Source: Lingula anatina
Lineage: Eukaryota; Animalia; Brachiopoda
Assembly: GCA_051362555.1 (NCBI GenBank)
Contig: CM120647.1
Location: 3,782,001 to 3,846,000, forward strand
Direction: 5' to 3'
Length of the DNA stretch: 64,000 nt
The notes under the pieces were generated by a model that was given only the letters and a program-made list of their open reading frames with translations, had not been told where the DNA came from and searched no databases. The translations under genes and the position numbers were made by a program. This document shows positions 61,801 to 64,000 of the stretch, one piece after another. Every line of letters starts with the position of its first letter. Within the stretch, counting starts at the first letter, position 1.

Positions 61801-63695
61801 ACCCCAAGAAGTTATAACTTCTTGTTCACCCTGACACTGCCAACGAAAAAGTACTTTAGTTTACTGGTGTCTCTTGAATATTTAGGCACTGTTGATGGCC
61901 CCAAAGATTGAAATTTGCCGAAACCGATGCTTTATCGCTATTGTTTAATGATTAACAATTGCTGCCTGAGAACGCTCTTGGGATGTATACTAGTAGACCT
62001 AGTCAAAGAATGGAATAGTTTTTAATATCAAGGTCACTTACAACCCAGTCATTAGGTTACACTGGACAACGAAACAAAGGGGCGACTACCAGTTGTAACT
62101 GCCATTGAATGAAATGTAAAAGGTGCGAAATCGGCCACCCCTTAATGCGATCATTAACCAGCAAACAAAGCGTTGTATTGTAATTTCCACCGCCGACAAG
62201 CGGGTTATCAAAAAAAGTATGACAGTCTTTTTACTTCCACCATCGATCCCTAGGACGTACATGTACACATGAAAACAACATTGATAACTATTCTTGTTAT
62301 AATGCACGAATTAAATTGAAAAAAATTAAAACTATGTTAATTTGGACTTACTTCATACATGATGTTATTGTGTTCACGACAAAGGCTAATCAAATGCCAT
62401 TTACCCTTAATGATTTGTTTGGGCGAACTCTCCTCCACAGCATTTGCACACGTATCAGTTAAAGATCATCTTTTAATTAATCTATTTCATAATTCAAGGA
62501 GTTGCAGTAAGCGAATGCAGTTATGTGACCGATCTTGCACAAACACTTAAGCCCTTGCCGTTAGGCAAATTGACACACTAAGTCATTTTTGATAATTTTT
62601 TCTAATGCCCAACAAGAATTTTTGCATGGAATTATTTTTCCACCGCTCAGCTGGCATTCAGTAATATATCGCGAGGACATTGCACTAACCGATGAGAGGC
62701 TGTGGTTTAAGCTAGATGCAACACTCGCCACCGAGCTGTACCCGAAAATTACTCAACCTGTGGCTCGACAATACGCTCGTTATATTTCAAGTTCGGCTCG
62801 GCGACTTGTATTGTATCTATCACTTACTACAATGTCCAGGTAGCTTACCCAGCTGTGGTTTTAATTATCGCTATTTAGGTTCCTTTCGAAACCAGCTTCG
62901 TCTCCACGAAAACAACATACATGTACAGTGTTTTGGATGTTACTCACACGAAGACCTGGCACGGCTTTGTCGTTGGTATTTTCTTTTTATTGTTTAGTGC
63001 TATCTATACCCCTATCACTTAACCTGAGAAGTTTCCAAACGTAAGGACAAAGAGAAAAGTGTGATGTATCGAGACAAAAGGGAGATCGGTAGATACGTCC
63101 AAAATTAGGGAGACTTCTGCCAAGATCGGAAGAGTTAATTGGTATGGGCCACAGACTGATCGCTCGAGAAATTCACCAAATCTACAAAAAAAAAAATCCT
63201 TCAAATGTATTAAATAGCAGAGGCCCATCCCCCTGATTGTAAGAAGCAAACAAAACAACGAGACAGCAGGTCGACATTCAGCCTAGAGCAAGGTGCAATA
63301 CTGCCAAGTTGAAAGCTGTTAATTAAGTCGGATTATAGCGCGCATCAATTTACTTCCCGTCGCGCTTGGCGAGGACGAACTCCCGTCTCCAAGGGTCGCC
63401 CGTACAATAATTTACATATGTGCTCCTCCCCCTGTGCGCTTAGGCCCTGTATGAGTCCACGTCGCTATTGTTTGCTACCCGCACAGGCTTTTGTAGTTTA
63501 TCAAAACAACCCATTGTCTCTCAGGGGGCGTGAGTACAGAGTTAATACGTACATGGAGTATACGCATACAGATTGTCGCGCGAATTATGAGCACAACCAG
63601 TATTAAAAGATTAGGCGGTTTTTCTTTCATGTACGTCCGCCATTTTTAGGTCACCGGCTTTGTAAAGCCTGGCTTAATTCGTTGAGAATGCGCTC
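58825..63695. mobile_element. 4.9-kb non-autonomous TIR element, PIF/Harbinger-like
   Basis: Perfect 95-bp TIRs (58825-58919, 63601-63695), TAA on both sides, no long ORF. Confidence 0.82.
58920..59275. mobile_element. MITE with TA TSD inserted at the inner edge of the left TIR
   Basis: About 50-bp TIRs gtctctccgcc..ccccacacgtcgtccctgcggggtacagtaattaaatc. Removing the element and one TA restores the outer TIR sequence cttttaatactg. Confidence 0.85.
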
Positions 63696-64000
63696 TAAGA
63701 CCCCCTCCTCTTTAACTGATGTCTTACACTGTTAATATTGACCGCACTTTCATATATTATGTAATACACTGACAGACTTTCCCCTGTTGCACGTTGGCGT
63801 TGGATTGTACTTGTGCCTCTGTCAATACACCTCATTTAGTTTAAATATTTTTACCGCATAAACCTTTGTGGTTTAGAGTTAATAAGTTTAGTAGTAGGAA
63901 TAGGATGGTTGGACAAAAAGCTTCTAGTCAACTGGCTTAGACCTAGGGTGTGATGCTGCTATCATCCGAGGAAACACCTACACTGAATCCTCTTCCTGAA

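Overview
AT-rich, intron-rich animal DNA, most likely from a marine invertebrate, densely packed with transposons. (1) A minus-strand CILP-like gene (1-10.4 kb, running off the left edge). Its exons join in phase into an unusual protein: a Tyr-motif-rich N-terminus (NPxY plus an ITAM-like YEQL-x10-YGHI), one hydrophobic span, five TSP1 repeats (two from a recent 2.1-kb tandem duplication), then the Ig and CILP core. (2) The last four exons of a plus-strand KCNQ (Kv7, KCNQ1-like) channel (33.7-36.5 kb). No pore exons were seen upstream, so the CILP-like gene probably sits antisense in a large KCNQ intron. A 117-bp inverted copy of the last exon lies downstream. (3) Mobile elements: an intact BEL/Pao LTR retrotransposon (identical LTRs, ACTTC TSD), a decayed Tc1, an intron-containing Ginger-type integrase pseudogene, a Ginger-like foldback nested in a piggyBac-like element, two RTE-X-like LINEs, a Kolobok-type element with a dead transposase and an intact spliced partner ORF plus a TTAA-flanked deletion derivative, a 4.9-kb Harbinger-like element with perfect 95-bp TIRs, and several MITEs. 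Exon models and comparisons were made by eye, without database searches.
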